From contig CM059432.1 of assembly GCA_030390025.1 (NCBI GenBank), positions 90,460,001 through 90,524,000 of the forward strand: DNA of 64,000 bases. The letters run 5' to 3'. Shown here piece by piece: positions 52,425 through 63,627 of this stretch. Every line of letters begins with the position of its first letter. Positions within the stretch are counted from its first letter, which is position 1. The DNA comes from Squalus acanthias. Taxonomy: Eukaryota. Made by a program: the position numbers and the translations under genes. The notes below the pieces were generated by a model. It was not told the DNA's origin. It did no database searches and saw only the letters and a program-made list of their open reading frames with translations.

Positions 52425-52765
52425 ATATTTTTTTCAGGGGAGGGGGAATTTCCTCTGGTGGAGGAATCATAACAAGGGGACATAATCTTGAAATGAGAGC
52501 TAGGCCAGTTAGGAGTTAAATCAGGAAGCATTTTTTCACACAAAGGGTGGTAGAAATCTGCAACTTTCTCCTCCAAAAGGCTGTTGATGCTTTGTCAATT
52601 GAAATTTTCAAGACTGAGATTGATAGAGTCTTGTTAGGTAAGGGTATCAAGGGATATGGAGAAAAGGCGGGTAAATGGAGCTATTGTACAGATCAGTTAT
52701 GATCTAGTAGAGTGGCGGAGTAGGCTCGAGGGGCTGAATGGATTATTTCTGTTCCTATGTTTCTA
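52425..52765 (+). mobile_element. CR1 3' end
   Basis: TRGHNL..KHFFTQRVVEI..GIKGYGEKAGKW. Confidence 0.85.
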
Positions 52766-52848
52766 AAAATAGCAAGAGAGACAGAGATCACCAATCTGAA
52801 GTTGAAAGGATGCAAAGTCTCTTGCTTTAGATTTTATTTAAACTTATT

Positions 52849-53611
52849 GGCCCAAAAATTTGGCTCCCTGGCTTCCCGCGGGTGCAAGGATCGCGCGCGC
52901 ACCTACCTACCGCACCTGCCGTTGACCTCTGGGCCCACGGGGACTTCAGCTCCTGGGCCTCCTGCAGCTGCCGGCACGCAGTGCTTGTGTATCCCAGGGG
53001 CGTAGTTAGTGCGATGCGTCCCCTGAGATCACGTGGGCCATGGAGAGCCAATGGCAGCAGACCATCTTTCATTCATAGATTTGACAGGAAACCTGTCAAA
53101 TCTATGAATTGAAATCGGCCCCAAAACAACACCTAAACTTCAAATAAACTTAAAAAAAAACATCACATTTTTAAAATAACTATAAGTTAAATAAATTAAC
53201 TACTTTAAACAAAAATTTAAATTTTTGAAAAAATTAAAATACTTTTTAACAGTGCTAAAAATAAACTTACCTTTCTTTAAAGTATCTAAAAAAGATAAAC
53301 CTGTTGAAATTTTTTTAAATTGTAATTAATTAACCACTTACCTTGTTAAAAACGGGTCTTGCGCCTCCTTTTTAAAAACGCAGCTTCTTCCATACTTACC
53401 TTCCCGGAGAAACCTGAAAAAAAACCTAAGTTCGCTGCGTGCGCGCAGCCTCTCCCGTGCACGCGGTTCACCTCTCAACCCCTCCCTTCACGAGACCGGA
53501 AGTTCCGGTTTCCCGCGCATGCGCAGTGCATGCAGGAAACCGGCACTTCAGGAGGCCTTACGGGTGAGTACACAGCGCGTACTCACCCGGCAAGTGCCGA
53601 ATTTTTGGCCC
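52849..53611 (-). mobile_element. Harbinger-type MITE, family B
   Basis: TIR GGCCCAAAAATT / AATTTTTGGCCC; TSD ATT/ATT; close copy of 30282-31047. Confidence 0.9.
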
Positions 53612-53869
53612 ATTATTTAAACTGCTATTATTGTTTAATTCATTAAAAAAAATCCATGATACTTTTTGTAAGTTTGAGGCTTGTCTTTTGACTTTTTTGG
53701 CAATGAAATTGTAATATTACACATAATAGGCTGCCAATTTAATACTGAACTTCAAGTTACATTAAATGTCTATTCCTAATAAATACATTCATCATAAAAG
53801 GAACAGCTTTATTTTTCAGAAGGGTGAAACCCAAGTTCAGGATTCTTCATTAGTGAAGGAAAACTCTGT

Positions 53870-54702
53870 GAGCTCGATTTAGTCAATGGGGACGTGATGG
53901 AGGCGGGACTCCCACTTTTTAGGTTGTAGTCCCGCCTCCATCGATTTGTGGCTAACCCACGCTACTTTCCCTTGATTGACCTTGTTAAGCCCATCTAGCG
54001 GGCTTAGCAGGCCAATTAGGGGACACCTGGATACTGGTGACGTCAGCGATTGACATTTCATCTGTCAAGAGCTTTTGACAGATGAAATATCAGTGCTTGA
54101 CAGCTCTGTGAAGCTGTCAAACACTGACAATCTGTCTTCTAACTTGAGTCCTTCTACTCAGACTCAGTTGGAGAGCTCTCCAGACCAGAAAGCAGAGGCT
54201 GCAGCTTTTGACAGCTCAGCGGCCATTCTGCTTTCTGTGCCGGTGAGCTGAGGGACTCCCGAGAACTGAAGGGAGGAAGCCTGGAGGAGAAAGTAAAGGT
54301 AAGTAAAACTTATTAAAACACTTTACACACACCAAACACACTTACCTCTGCACTCATGCACCCATTACTCACCTGTACACCAGACATCCCGACCCCTCCA
54401 AGCCCTGCAGACCGACAGTCTGCCTCGCTAACTTGGCGTGGTTTGGAGCCGTCGGGCAGCCCACACTTCAGGGCTAAAAATAGGGATTAGCCAAAAAATT
54501 GCCTGTTAACTACCTGTTAACAGGCAGTTAATTGGCACTAATCCTCTTCCCGCCTCGGGGAGTCGGCTCCCAGCACAGGTCAGGTACCCGCCTCCTGGGA
54601 CATTGGCATGGGGGTGGGATGGGTACGTGCCCCCCGAATCTGCAATTTTCACACCACTCCCACCTCCAAACCCGCCTCCACGGGGCTTGGAAAATCGAGC
54701 CC
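53870..54702. mobile_element. Harbinger-type non-autonomous element, family D
   Basis: TIR GAGCTCGATTT / AAATCGAGCCC; TSD TGT/TGT. Confidence 0.75.
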
Positions 54703-55976
54703 TGTGTGTTTTGTTCCGTCTGATCCTTTTAACTCTGCGTCCCTTACTCAGGGAATGAATACCTGCTGATGGCAGCTAAACAAAACATTCAAAGAGCTGC
54801 ATTTCAGTCCAGCAGAGCTGCATGGGACTTGCGAGCTACTGCTTGGCCATCCGTGCTCCCAAACATGATGATGGGCTCTTATGTGTGTTAGACTTCGGCT
54901 GACCAAGCTAAAATTCTACAATTTAAAACAAATTTCAACCCTGTGTGCACTGGATATTTTTGTTTTAGCTTCCAAATTATGTGGATATGTTATGTTATGC
55001 AGTGTAACATCTAAAGTATATTAAAAATCTTACATCTGCATACACATCCTGTCAACTTTTTCCATTATAAATTGCTATGTCTACATTTATAATGGAAACT
55101 GTCCTTTTAAACTTGTCACATTATGATTTCACACTCTGGCCGTGCATGATAAGTTTACTGGGACAGATTCCATTATGAATATGGGCATAGAAATTTATAA
55201 TGGAAATACATTCTATCCTTAGACTTATATATGACTTTAAAATGAGGACTGAATATCATCTACCTACCCTAGTCCTTACTCCTGCTCTCTAACACGCTTC
55301 ACCTGAGACTTGGGGCTGGATTTTGATACTGGGGCGGGTTGGGGTCGTGTCATCCGCATTTCGTGTTATCTACCCGACTGCAATTGGATGTGGGAGATTG
55401 ATGCAATTTTCACCTAATTGGGCAATTGAGTTCCAGCATGTGGGAAGCCATGAACTAATTAGTGGTTTCAGTCTGAAAGTCGCCTCTGATGATGTCATCA
55501 TTGCTGCTGAATTGCAGGTCAGAGACTGCCTGGCCTTTGCTGTGAGAGGACCTGGATGCAAAATGAGCAGCATCTCTAAGGAGAGAGAGAGAGAGAGAGT
55601 TTTTTTTGCATCCAGGTCCTCACCATCTCTGTTGTAATAGTGGACCTGCAGCTGATAGTCAGCTATCCAAATGTGCTCCCGCCAGGTTTCACAATCGTGG
55701 TTCAGAACAGGCGTGCTTCACGTAGATCAAGGGTTAAAATCACAAAGGCCTTTCAAAATGGCATTATAGAGCCAATTTAGTGCTTGTTAAGGGCCTTAAC
55801 AGCCTATCCCGCCTCTTAAAGGCGGGATGGAGTCGGGACCAGCAGACACGATTTAATGAAAATTGTGTGGAGGCGGGATAGAAACATAGAAACATAGAAA
55901 ATAGGTACAGGAGTAGACCATTCGGTCCTTCGAGCCTGCACCGCCATTCAATGCGTTCATGGCTGAACATGCTACC

Positions 55977-58913
55977 TCAGTACCCCATTCCTGCTTTCTC
56001 GCCATACCCCTTGATCCCCCTAGTTGTGAGTGTTATATCTAACTCCCTTTTGAATATATTTAGCGAACTGGCCTCAACAACCTTCTGTGGAAGAGAATTC
56101 CATAGATTCCCCACTCTCTGGGTGAAGAAGTTCCTCCTCAGCTCAGTCTTAAATGGCTTCCCCTTAATCCTTAGACTGTGACCCCTGGTTCTTTTTTTCC
56201 CGAACATTGGGAACATTCTGCCCGCATCTAATTTGTCTAAACCAGTCAGGATTTTAAATGTCTCTATAAGATCCCCCCTCATTCTTCTGAACTCCAGAGG
56301 ATACAAGTTCAGTTGACCCAATCTTTCTTGATATGTCAGTCCGGCCATCCCAGGAATCAATCTAGTGAACCTTCGCTGCACTCCCTCAATAGCAAGAATG
56401 TCCTTCCTTAAGTTAGGAGACCAAAACTGCGCACAGTACTCCAGGTGTGGCCTCACCAAGGCCCTGTACAACTGCAGCATCACCTCCCTACTCCTGTACT
56501 CAAATCCCCTTACTATGAAGGCCATCATTCCGTTTGCTTTCTTGACTGCCTGCTGCACTTGCATTCCCACCTTCAGTGACTGATGTACCATGACGCCCAG
56601 GTCTCGTTGCACCTCCCCTTTCCCTAATCTGCCACCATTCAGGTAATAGTCCGCCTCTCTATTTTTACCACCAAAGTGGATAACCTCACATTTATCCACA
56701 TTGTACTTCATCTGCCATACATTTGCCCATTCACCCAACCTGTCCAAGTCACTCTGTAGCCTCCTAGCATCCTCCTCATTGTTCACACTGCCTCCCAATT
56801 TAGTGTCATCCGCAAATTTGGAGATATTACATTTAATCCCTTCGTCCAAATCATTAATATATAATGTAAACAGCTGGGGTCCCAGCACCGAACCCTGCGG
56901 TACCCCGCTGGTCACTGCCTGCCATTCTGAAAAGTACCCATTTACTCCTACTCTTTGTTTCCTGTGTGCCAACCAGTTCTCAATCCACGTCAACACATTA
57001 CCCCCAATCCCATGTGCTTTAACTTTGCTCACCAATCTCTTGTGTGGGACCTTGTCGAAGGCCTTCTGAAAGTCCAAATACACCACATCGACTGGTTCCC
57101 CCCTGTCCACCCTATTGGAAACATCCTCAAAAAATTCCAGAAGATTTGTCAAGCATGATTTCCCTTTCACAAATCCATGCTGACTTGGACCTATCATGTC
57201 GCCACTTTCCAAATGGTCTGTTATGACATCTTTAATAATTGCTTCCATCATTTTACCCACGACCGATGTCAGGCTGACCGGTCTATAATTCCCTGCTTTC
57301 TCTCTCCCTCCTTTTTTAAAAAGAGGGGTTACATTGGCCACCCTCCACTCCATCGGAACTGATCCAGAGTCTAAGGAATGTTGGAAAATGATCGTCAATG
57401 CATCCACTATTTCCAAGGCCACCTCCTTAAGTACTCTGGGATGCAGACCATCAGGCCCCGAGGATTTTTCAGCCTTCAGTCCCATCAATTTCCCCAATAC
57501 CTTTTCCCGACTAATAAGGATTTCCCTCAGCTCCTCCCTCTTACCAGATCCTCTGACCCCTTTTATTTCCGGCAGGTTGTGTGTGTCCTCCACAGTAAAC
57601 ACCGAACCAAAGTACTTGTTCAATTGATCTGCCATTTCCTTGTTCCCCATTACGACTTGCCCTGTTTCCGACTGCAGGGGACCTACGTTTGTTTTTACTA
57701 ACCTCTTTCTTTTTACATATTTATAGAAGCTTTTGCAGTCCATTTTAATGTTCTCTGCAAGCTTCCTTTCATATTTTATTTTCCCTGCCCTAATCAAACC
57801 CTTCGTCCTCCTTTGCTGAGTTTTGAAGTTCTCCCAGTCCCCGGGTTTGCTGCTACTTCTGGCCAATTTGTATGCAACTTCCTTGGTTTTAATACTATCC
57901 CTGATTTCCCTTGTTAGCCATGGTTGAGCCACCTTCCCTTTTTTATTTTTACGCCAGACCGGGATGTACAATTGTTGTAGTTCATCCATGCGATCTCTAA
58001 ATGTCTGCCATTGCCCTTCCACTGATAGCCCCTTAAATATCGCTTGCCAATTTAACCTCGCCAATTCACGCCTCATACCATCAAAGTTGCCCTTATTTAA
58101 GTTCTGGACCATGGTCTCTGACTTAACTGTTTCCTTCTCCATCCTAATGTAGAACTCCACCATACTATGGTCACTCTTCCCCAGGGGGCCTTGTACCACA
58201 AGATTGCTGATTAGTCCTTCCTCATTACACAACACCCAGTCCAGGATGGCCTCCCCTCGAGTTGGTTCCTCAACATATTGGTTTAGGAAACCATCCCTTA
58301 AACACTCCAGGAAATCCTCCTCCACCGTATTGCTTCCAGTTTGATAAGCCCAATCTATATGCATATTAAAGTCACCCATGATAACTGCCGTGCCTTTTTT
58401 GCACGCACCTCTGATTTCCTGTTTCATACCCTCCCCCACCTCACCACTGCTGTTTGGAGGTCTGTACACAACTCCCACTAACGTTTTCTGCCCTTTGGTG
58501 TTCTGCAGCTCAACCCATATTGATTCCACATCCTCCAAGCTGATGTCCTTCCTAGCTATTGCATTAATCTCCTCTTTAACCAGCAATGCTACCCCACCCC
58601 CTTTTCCTTTTATTCTATCCTTTCTGAATGTTGAATACCCCTGGATGTTCAGTTCCCAGCCTTGATTGTTCTGGAGCCACGTCTCTGTAATCCCAATCAC
58701 ATCGTATCCGTTAACATCTATTTGCACAGTCAATTCATCCACCTTATTACGGATACTCCTTGCATTAAGACACAGAGCCTTTAGGCTTATTTTATTAACA
58801 TCCTTTGTCCTTTTAGACTTATGATTTAGTATGGCCCTTTGTGTTTCTTGCCTTTGTTTACTCGGCCTTCCCCTATTGTTTCTCACCCTTCTAACATTTG
58901 TTTCTGACTGCAT
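55977..58913 (-). CDS. CR1 ORF2: APE endonuclease plus reverse transcriptase, intact 978 aa
   Basis: [58 protein letters not shown]. Confidence 0.95.
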   Translation of the reverse strand: MQSETNVRRVRNNRGRPSKQRQETQRAILNHKSKRTKDVNKISLKALCLNARSIRNKVDELTVQIDVNGYDVIGITETWLQNNQGWELNIQGYSTFRKDRIKGKGGGVALLVKEEINAIARKDISLEDVESIWVELQNTKGQKTLVGVVYRPPNSSGEVGEGMKQEIRGACKKGTAVIMGDFNMHIDWAYQTGSNTVEEDFLECLRDGFLNQYVEEPTRGEAILDWVLCNEEGLISNLVVQGPLGKSDHSMVEFYIRMEKETVKSETMVQNLNKGNFDGMRRELARLNWQAIFKGLSVEGQWQTFRDRMDELQQLYIPVWRKNKKGKVAQPWLTREIRDSIKTKEVAYKLARSSSKPGDWENFKTQQRRTKGLIRAGKIKYERKLAENIKMDCKSFYKYVKRKRLVKTNVGPLQSETGQVVMGNKEMADQLNKYFGSVFTVEDTHNLPEIKGVRGSGKREELREILISREKVLGKLMGLKAEKSSGPDGLHPRVLKEVALEIVDALTIIFQHSLDSGSVPMEWRVANVTPLFKKGGREKAGNYRPVSLTSVVGKMMEAIIKDVITDHLESGDMIGPSQHGFVKGKSCLTNLLEFFEDVSNRVDRGEPVDVVYLDFQKAFDKVPHKRLVSKVKAHGIGGNVLTWIENWLAHRKQRVGVNGYFSEWQAVTSGVPQGSVLGPQLFTLYINDLDEGIKCNISKFADDTKLGGSVNNEEDARRLQSDLDRLGEWANVWQMKYNVDKCEVIHFGGKNREADYYLNGGRLGKGEVQRDLGVMVHQSLKVGMQVQQAVKKANGMMAFIVRGFEYRSREVMLQLYRALVRPHLEYCAQFWSPNLRKDILAIEGVQRRFTRLIPGMAGLTYQERLGQLNLYPLEFRRMRGDLIETFKILTGLDKLDAGRMFPMFGKKRTRGHSLRIKGKPFKTELRRNFFTQRVGNLWNSLPQKVVEASSLNIFKRELDITLTTRGIKGYGEKAGMGY

Positions 58914-58960
58914 ATTACTTCCCCCTGTTTCGCTACATAGGTTCCCCTTCCCCTGCCATA

Positions 58961-59465
58961 TTAGTTTAAATCCTCCCGAACTGCTTTAGCAAATATTACC
59001 CCGAGGACATCGGTTCCAGTCCTGCCCAAGTGCAGACCGTCCCTTTTGTACAGGTCCCACTTCCCCCAGAACTGGTTCCAATGCCTCAGGAATTTGAATC
59101 CCTCCCTCCTGCACCACTGCTCAAGCCACGTATTCAATCTCACTATCCTGTTCTCTCTATTCTGATTAGCTCGTGGCCCTGGTAGCAATCCAGAGATTAC
59201 TACCTTAGAGGTCCTACTTTTTAATTTAGCTCCTAGCTCCCTAAATTCTGCTTGTAGGACCTCTTCCCGCTTTTTACCTATATCGTTGGTACCTACATGC
59301 ACCACGACAGCTGGCTGTTCACCCTCCCTCTTCAGAATGTTCTGCAGCCGCTCCGAGACATCCTTGACCCTTGCACCAGGGAGGCAACATACCATCCTGG
59401 AATCTCGGTTACGGCCACAGAAACTCCTGTCTATTCCCCTTACAATTGAGTCCCCTATCACTGGA
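58961..59465 (-). CDS. CR1 ORF1 C-terminal SGNH/GDSL esterase domain (partial)
   Basis: VIGDSIVRG, CLPGA, HVGTND, DGLHL; the ORF track's upstream extension lies in flanking transposon DNA. Confidence 0.88.
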
Positions 59466-60025
59466 TGGAGGCGGACTTGTGCCCGCCCGCCAGTTTTTGC
59501 AATTTTAACCCCCCACACGCCTCCAAACCCACCTCCACAGGTCAATGAAAATCCAGCCCTTGGTCTCTGCGTGCAATTGTGATAAAGATAAATTTGAAAA
59601 TTAAAAAAAAAGCATGGCCATTACAAAACAACAGTAAGTTTAGGGACTGATTTTCTGACTATCAGGATCATTTCACCTGTTACATCTTAAAAGTAAACTG
59701 GTGGAATTTGGATTTTTGTGACAGTTCAGAATATGGGCAGAGCATGGAGTGTTCCTCTCTCCAGGTTTTTGAAGGCAGAAGAAAATGAAAGCAGGGATGC
59801 CAAGGAGGTTTGCTTGCACTAGAGATGGTCTGCCTGCATCCAACATTACCTAACATAGCCATATTTAAGGACCCAGGCAGAGCTGCCTGGTACTGTCTGA
59901 AGACAACTGTCTTTACAAGTTCATGTTCATCAGGAAGGCAGTGACAGAGTTGTGCCGTCTGCTGAAAGCTGACCTGCAGACAACTGCCACTATAAGGATG
60001 GCACTGCCAGTGGTAATAAAGGTCA

Positions 60026-62172
60026 ATAAAGGGAAAGGCCAATTTTACTAAGCTGAGATGTGATTTAGCAAAAGTGGACTGGAAACAACTACTTGAAGAT
60101 AAATCAGTGTCAGAGCAGTGGGAGGCATTCAAGGAGGAGATAGTGAGGGTCCAGAGCAAATATGTTCCCACAAAGAAAAAGTGTGGGACTCCCAAATCTA
60201 GAGCCCCCTGGATGTCAAGGAGCAGACAGGGTAGGATAAGGCAAAAAAGGAAGCTTATGTCAGATACCAAGAGCTAAATACTGCAGAAAGCATAGAGGAG
60301 TATAGAAAGTGCAGGGGTGAAATTAAAAAGGAAATTAGGAAAGCAAAGAGACGGCATGAAAAAATACTGGCAAATAAAATCAAGGAAAACCCAAAGATGT
60401 TTTATAAATACATAAAGCGCAAGAGGATAACTAGGGCCTATTAGAGACCTAAAAGGTAACTTGTGTGTGGAGGCGGAAGACGTGGGTATGGTTCTTAATA
60501 AATACATTGTGTCTGTCTTCACAAAACAGAGGGACGATGTAGACATTGTAGTTAATGAGGAGGAGTGTGAAATATTAGATGAGATAACCATAGTGAAAAA
60601 GGAAGTATTAAGGGGTTTAGCATCTTTGAAAGTAGATAAATTGCCAGGCCCGAAAGAAATATATCCCAGACTGTTGAGAGAAGTAAGGGAGGAAATAGCG
60701 GAGGCTCTGACCATCATTTTCCAATCCTCTCTGGCTACAGATGTGGTGCTGGAGGACTGCTAACATTGCACCTTTGTTTGAAAAGGGAGAAAGGGATAGA
60801 CCGAATAGCCAGTCAGCCTAACCTCGGTGATGGGCAAATTATTGGAATAAATTCTGAGGGACAGTATTAATTGTCATTTAGAAAGGCACGGATTAATCAA
60901 GGACAGTCCGCATGGATTTGTTAAGGGATAGTCATGTCTGACTAACTTGAGTGAATTTTTTGAGGAGGTAACAAGGAGGGTTGATGAGGTTAGTGAGTTT
61001 GATGTAGTCTACATGGATTTTTAGCAAGGCTTTTGACAAGGTCCCACATGGCAGACTAGTCAGAAAAGTAAAAGCCCATGGGATCCAAGGGAAAGTGGGA
61101 AGTTGGATCCAAAATTGGCTCAGTGGCAGGAAGCAAAAAAACAGATGTTTTTGTGACTGGAGGGTTGTTTCCAGTGGGGTTCCACAGGGCTCAGTACTTG
61201 GTCCCTTGCTTTTTGTGGTATATATCAATGATTTAGACTTCAATGTAGGGGGCATGATTAAGAAGTTTACAGATGATACAAAAATTGGCTGTGTGGTTGA
61301 CCGTGAGGAAGAAAGCTGTAGATATCAGTGGACTGGTCAGGTGGGCAGAAAAGTGGCAAATGGAATTCAATCCGGAGAAGTGTGAGGTGATGCATTTGGG
61401 GAGGGCTAACAAGGTAAGGGAATACACAGTAAATGGTAGGATACTGAGAAGTGTAGAGGAACAGAGAGACCTTGGAGTGCATATCCACAGATCCCTGAAG
61501 GTAGCAGGACAGGTAGATAAGGTGGTTAAGAAGGCTTACGGGATACTTTCCTTTATTAGCCGAGGCATAGAGTATAAGAGCAGGGAGGTTATACTTGAAC
61601 TGTATAAAACACTAGTTAGGCCACAGCTAGAGTAATGTGTACAGTTCTGGTCACCACATTACAGGAAGGATGTGATTGCACGAGAGAGGGTGCAGAAGAG
61701 ATTTACGAGGATGTTGCCAGGACTGGAGAATTTTAGCTATGAGGAAAGATTGGATAGGCTGGGGTTGTTTTCTTTGGAACAGAGGAGGCTGAGGGGAGAT
61801 TTGATTGAGGTGTATAAAATTATAAGGGGCATAGATAGAGTGGATAGGAAGGACCTATTTCCCTTAGCAGAGAGGTCAATAATCAGGGAGCATAGATTTA
61901 AAGTAATTGGCAGAAGGAGTAAAGGCGAGTTGAGATCTTTTTTCGCCAAGCGGGTGGTGGGGGTCTGGATCTCACTGCCTGAAAGGGTGGTAGAGGCAGA
62001 AACCTTCATCGCATTTAAAAAGTACTTGGAAATGCACTTGAAGTGCTGTGACCTACAAGGTTATGGACCAAGAACTAGAAAGTGGGATTAGGCTGGATAG
62101 CTCTTTTTCAGCCGGCACAGACACGATGGGCTGAATGGCCCCCTTCTGTGCGTAAATTTCTGTGATTCTATG
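60026..62172 (+). mobile_element. 5'-truncated, frameshifted CR1 ORF2
   Basis: TSD AAAGGTCA at 60018-25 and 62173-80; [25 protein letters not shown] tail. Confidence 0.92.
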
Positions 62173-62293
62173 AAAGGTCACAACTGCCATGAATTTCATT
62201 CCGGGTTACCACAGCTGATATCTGCAACTTCAGTCCATCTGCATTGCAGAGAAGCACCAAGCAGATCGTTGATCTTTTGTTCACCAGGACAAA

Positions 62294-63186
62294 GGGGTAA
62301 AAATTCAGTTGGTTGCGCCTCCCGTTAGCGCCTTAAGAGGGCGCTAATGGGGCGCAAAGCCGCTAACGCCCGGGTGCAGCGATGTTTGCGCCGCTCGGGA
62401 ACTTAACTAGACATTGTGCGGCGGCGCTAAACTTTACCGCTGCGACCACCTGCGCGCGCAGATTGTGACGTCATTCCATGGTGCAACGCCCTTGTGGCGC
62501 CCCGGAGCGAAAATTGAGTGGCGCCCCCTGCCTTACCGCCTGACGCTAGCAACGACAGGTTGAGGGGAGCGTTCTGCAGTCATGAAGGGAAAGGGGGAGC
62601 GCTATTTAAAGGTGACCGCTTCCTGTCTTTTATTGTTGGTGGCATTTTTGAACTACGCATTCTGAGAGAGAGAGGGAGAGACTTCTGGAGAGATTCAACG
62701 TTGTGTGAAGGAGTTTTGGGTACTGAGCAGCACTTTGCAGGTTCATTTTGATTTGCCATTCCTTGTATCGATTTAGCAGAGACTGTGGGAGCTGCACTCT
62801 GAGCTCTTTGCCTGGTACTCTCCATTGTTCTTTCCAGCACATTTGATGTGCAAGTCTCTCCAGGCCGAGATTCAAGGCTGCAATGAACAGGATGTGGATG
62901 GAAAGCAAGATTAACCATCCCCTTTAAGAACTGGCCCGTGCCATTGTGTGTGTGTTCCATTGCTGACTGACATTACATGAGCTTCGCCAGTGCTCTGAGT
63001 TAGCGCCTCACTCCTTGGCCTTTGCGCCTTAAGACAGGTGTGCAGCGCCTGATTTAGCGCTCCACTCACCTCCCGGGGCGGTAAAAGTGAAGTTTCCAGT
63101 CAGTGGCGATAATTAGCGCCAGGCGCTAATATTTGCGTCCAGACGATATTTGCGCCCCAAATGAGGCGCGACCTAATTTTTCCCCC
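62294..63186. mobile_element. Harbinger-type MITE, family C
   Basis: TIR GGGGTAAAAATT / AATTTTTCCCCC; flanks AAA/AAA; GGCGCTA arrays at both ends. Confidence 0.8.
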
Positions 63187-63627
63187 AAACACTTTTATCA
63201 GATTCCCTATGGCAAAGCAACAGTAAAATTAGAGGTACTGCAATTTGATTTGTGTTGCAAGATTCCCCAAAGTCTACAGCATTATTGATGGCACCAAAGT
63301 GCCCATTGGGCTCCTGAACACAATGCCATCGCATTCATGAACCACAAGGTCTTCCAGTCCATCAGTGTCCAGGAGGTCAGTGAGCAGCAGCACAGGATCA
63401 TTTATGTTATTGCATGTTTCCCAAGCAGCATTCTTTTACTTTTTATGGTTTATTTGAAAGAAGAATCAGACTTGAAGGATGGTTTCTAGGAGACAAGGCT
63501 ACATTCCGTAATCCTAGCTAATGCCACCCTTGTGAGGGCCATAGTCAGAATGTGAATGCAGATATGAGGCCCATGCAGCCACTTGGCTGATCATAGAACA
63601 GACTTGAAGCGGTATTTCAGACTTGAA

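Larger units (their letters stand above)
55878..59465 (-). mobile_element. Young CR1 LINE, 5'-truncated within ORF1
   Basis: (AGAAACAT)n tail; TGGAGGCGG duplicated at 55868-76 and 59466-74; ORF2 and the remaining ORF1 are open. Confidence 0.95.
55313..59559. mobile_element. Harbinger-type non-autonomous element split by a CR1
   Basis: TIR GGGCTGGATTTT / AAAATCCAGCCC; TSD TTG/TTG. Confidence 0.78.
59850..63620 (+). pseudogene. Highly degenerate Harbinger transposase interrupted by a CR1 and a MITE
   Basis: KAVTELCRLLKADL..MALPVVIKV | TTAMNF; later FPKVYSIIDGTKV, FMNHKVFQSI, LGDK, IIEQT. Confidence 0.65.

Noticed and set aside
53820..53867. Apparent 48-bp exon (KGETQVQDSSLVKENS) with a GTGAGC donor
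   Set aside because: The donor is formed at the junction of the transposon starting at 53870 (TGT TSD plus TIR) and has no other support
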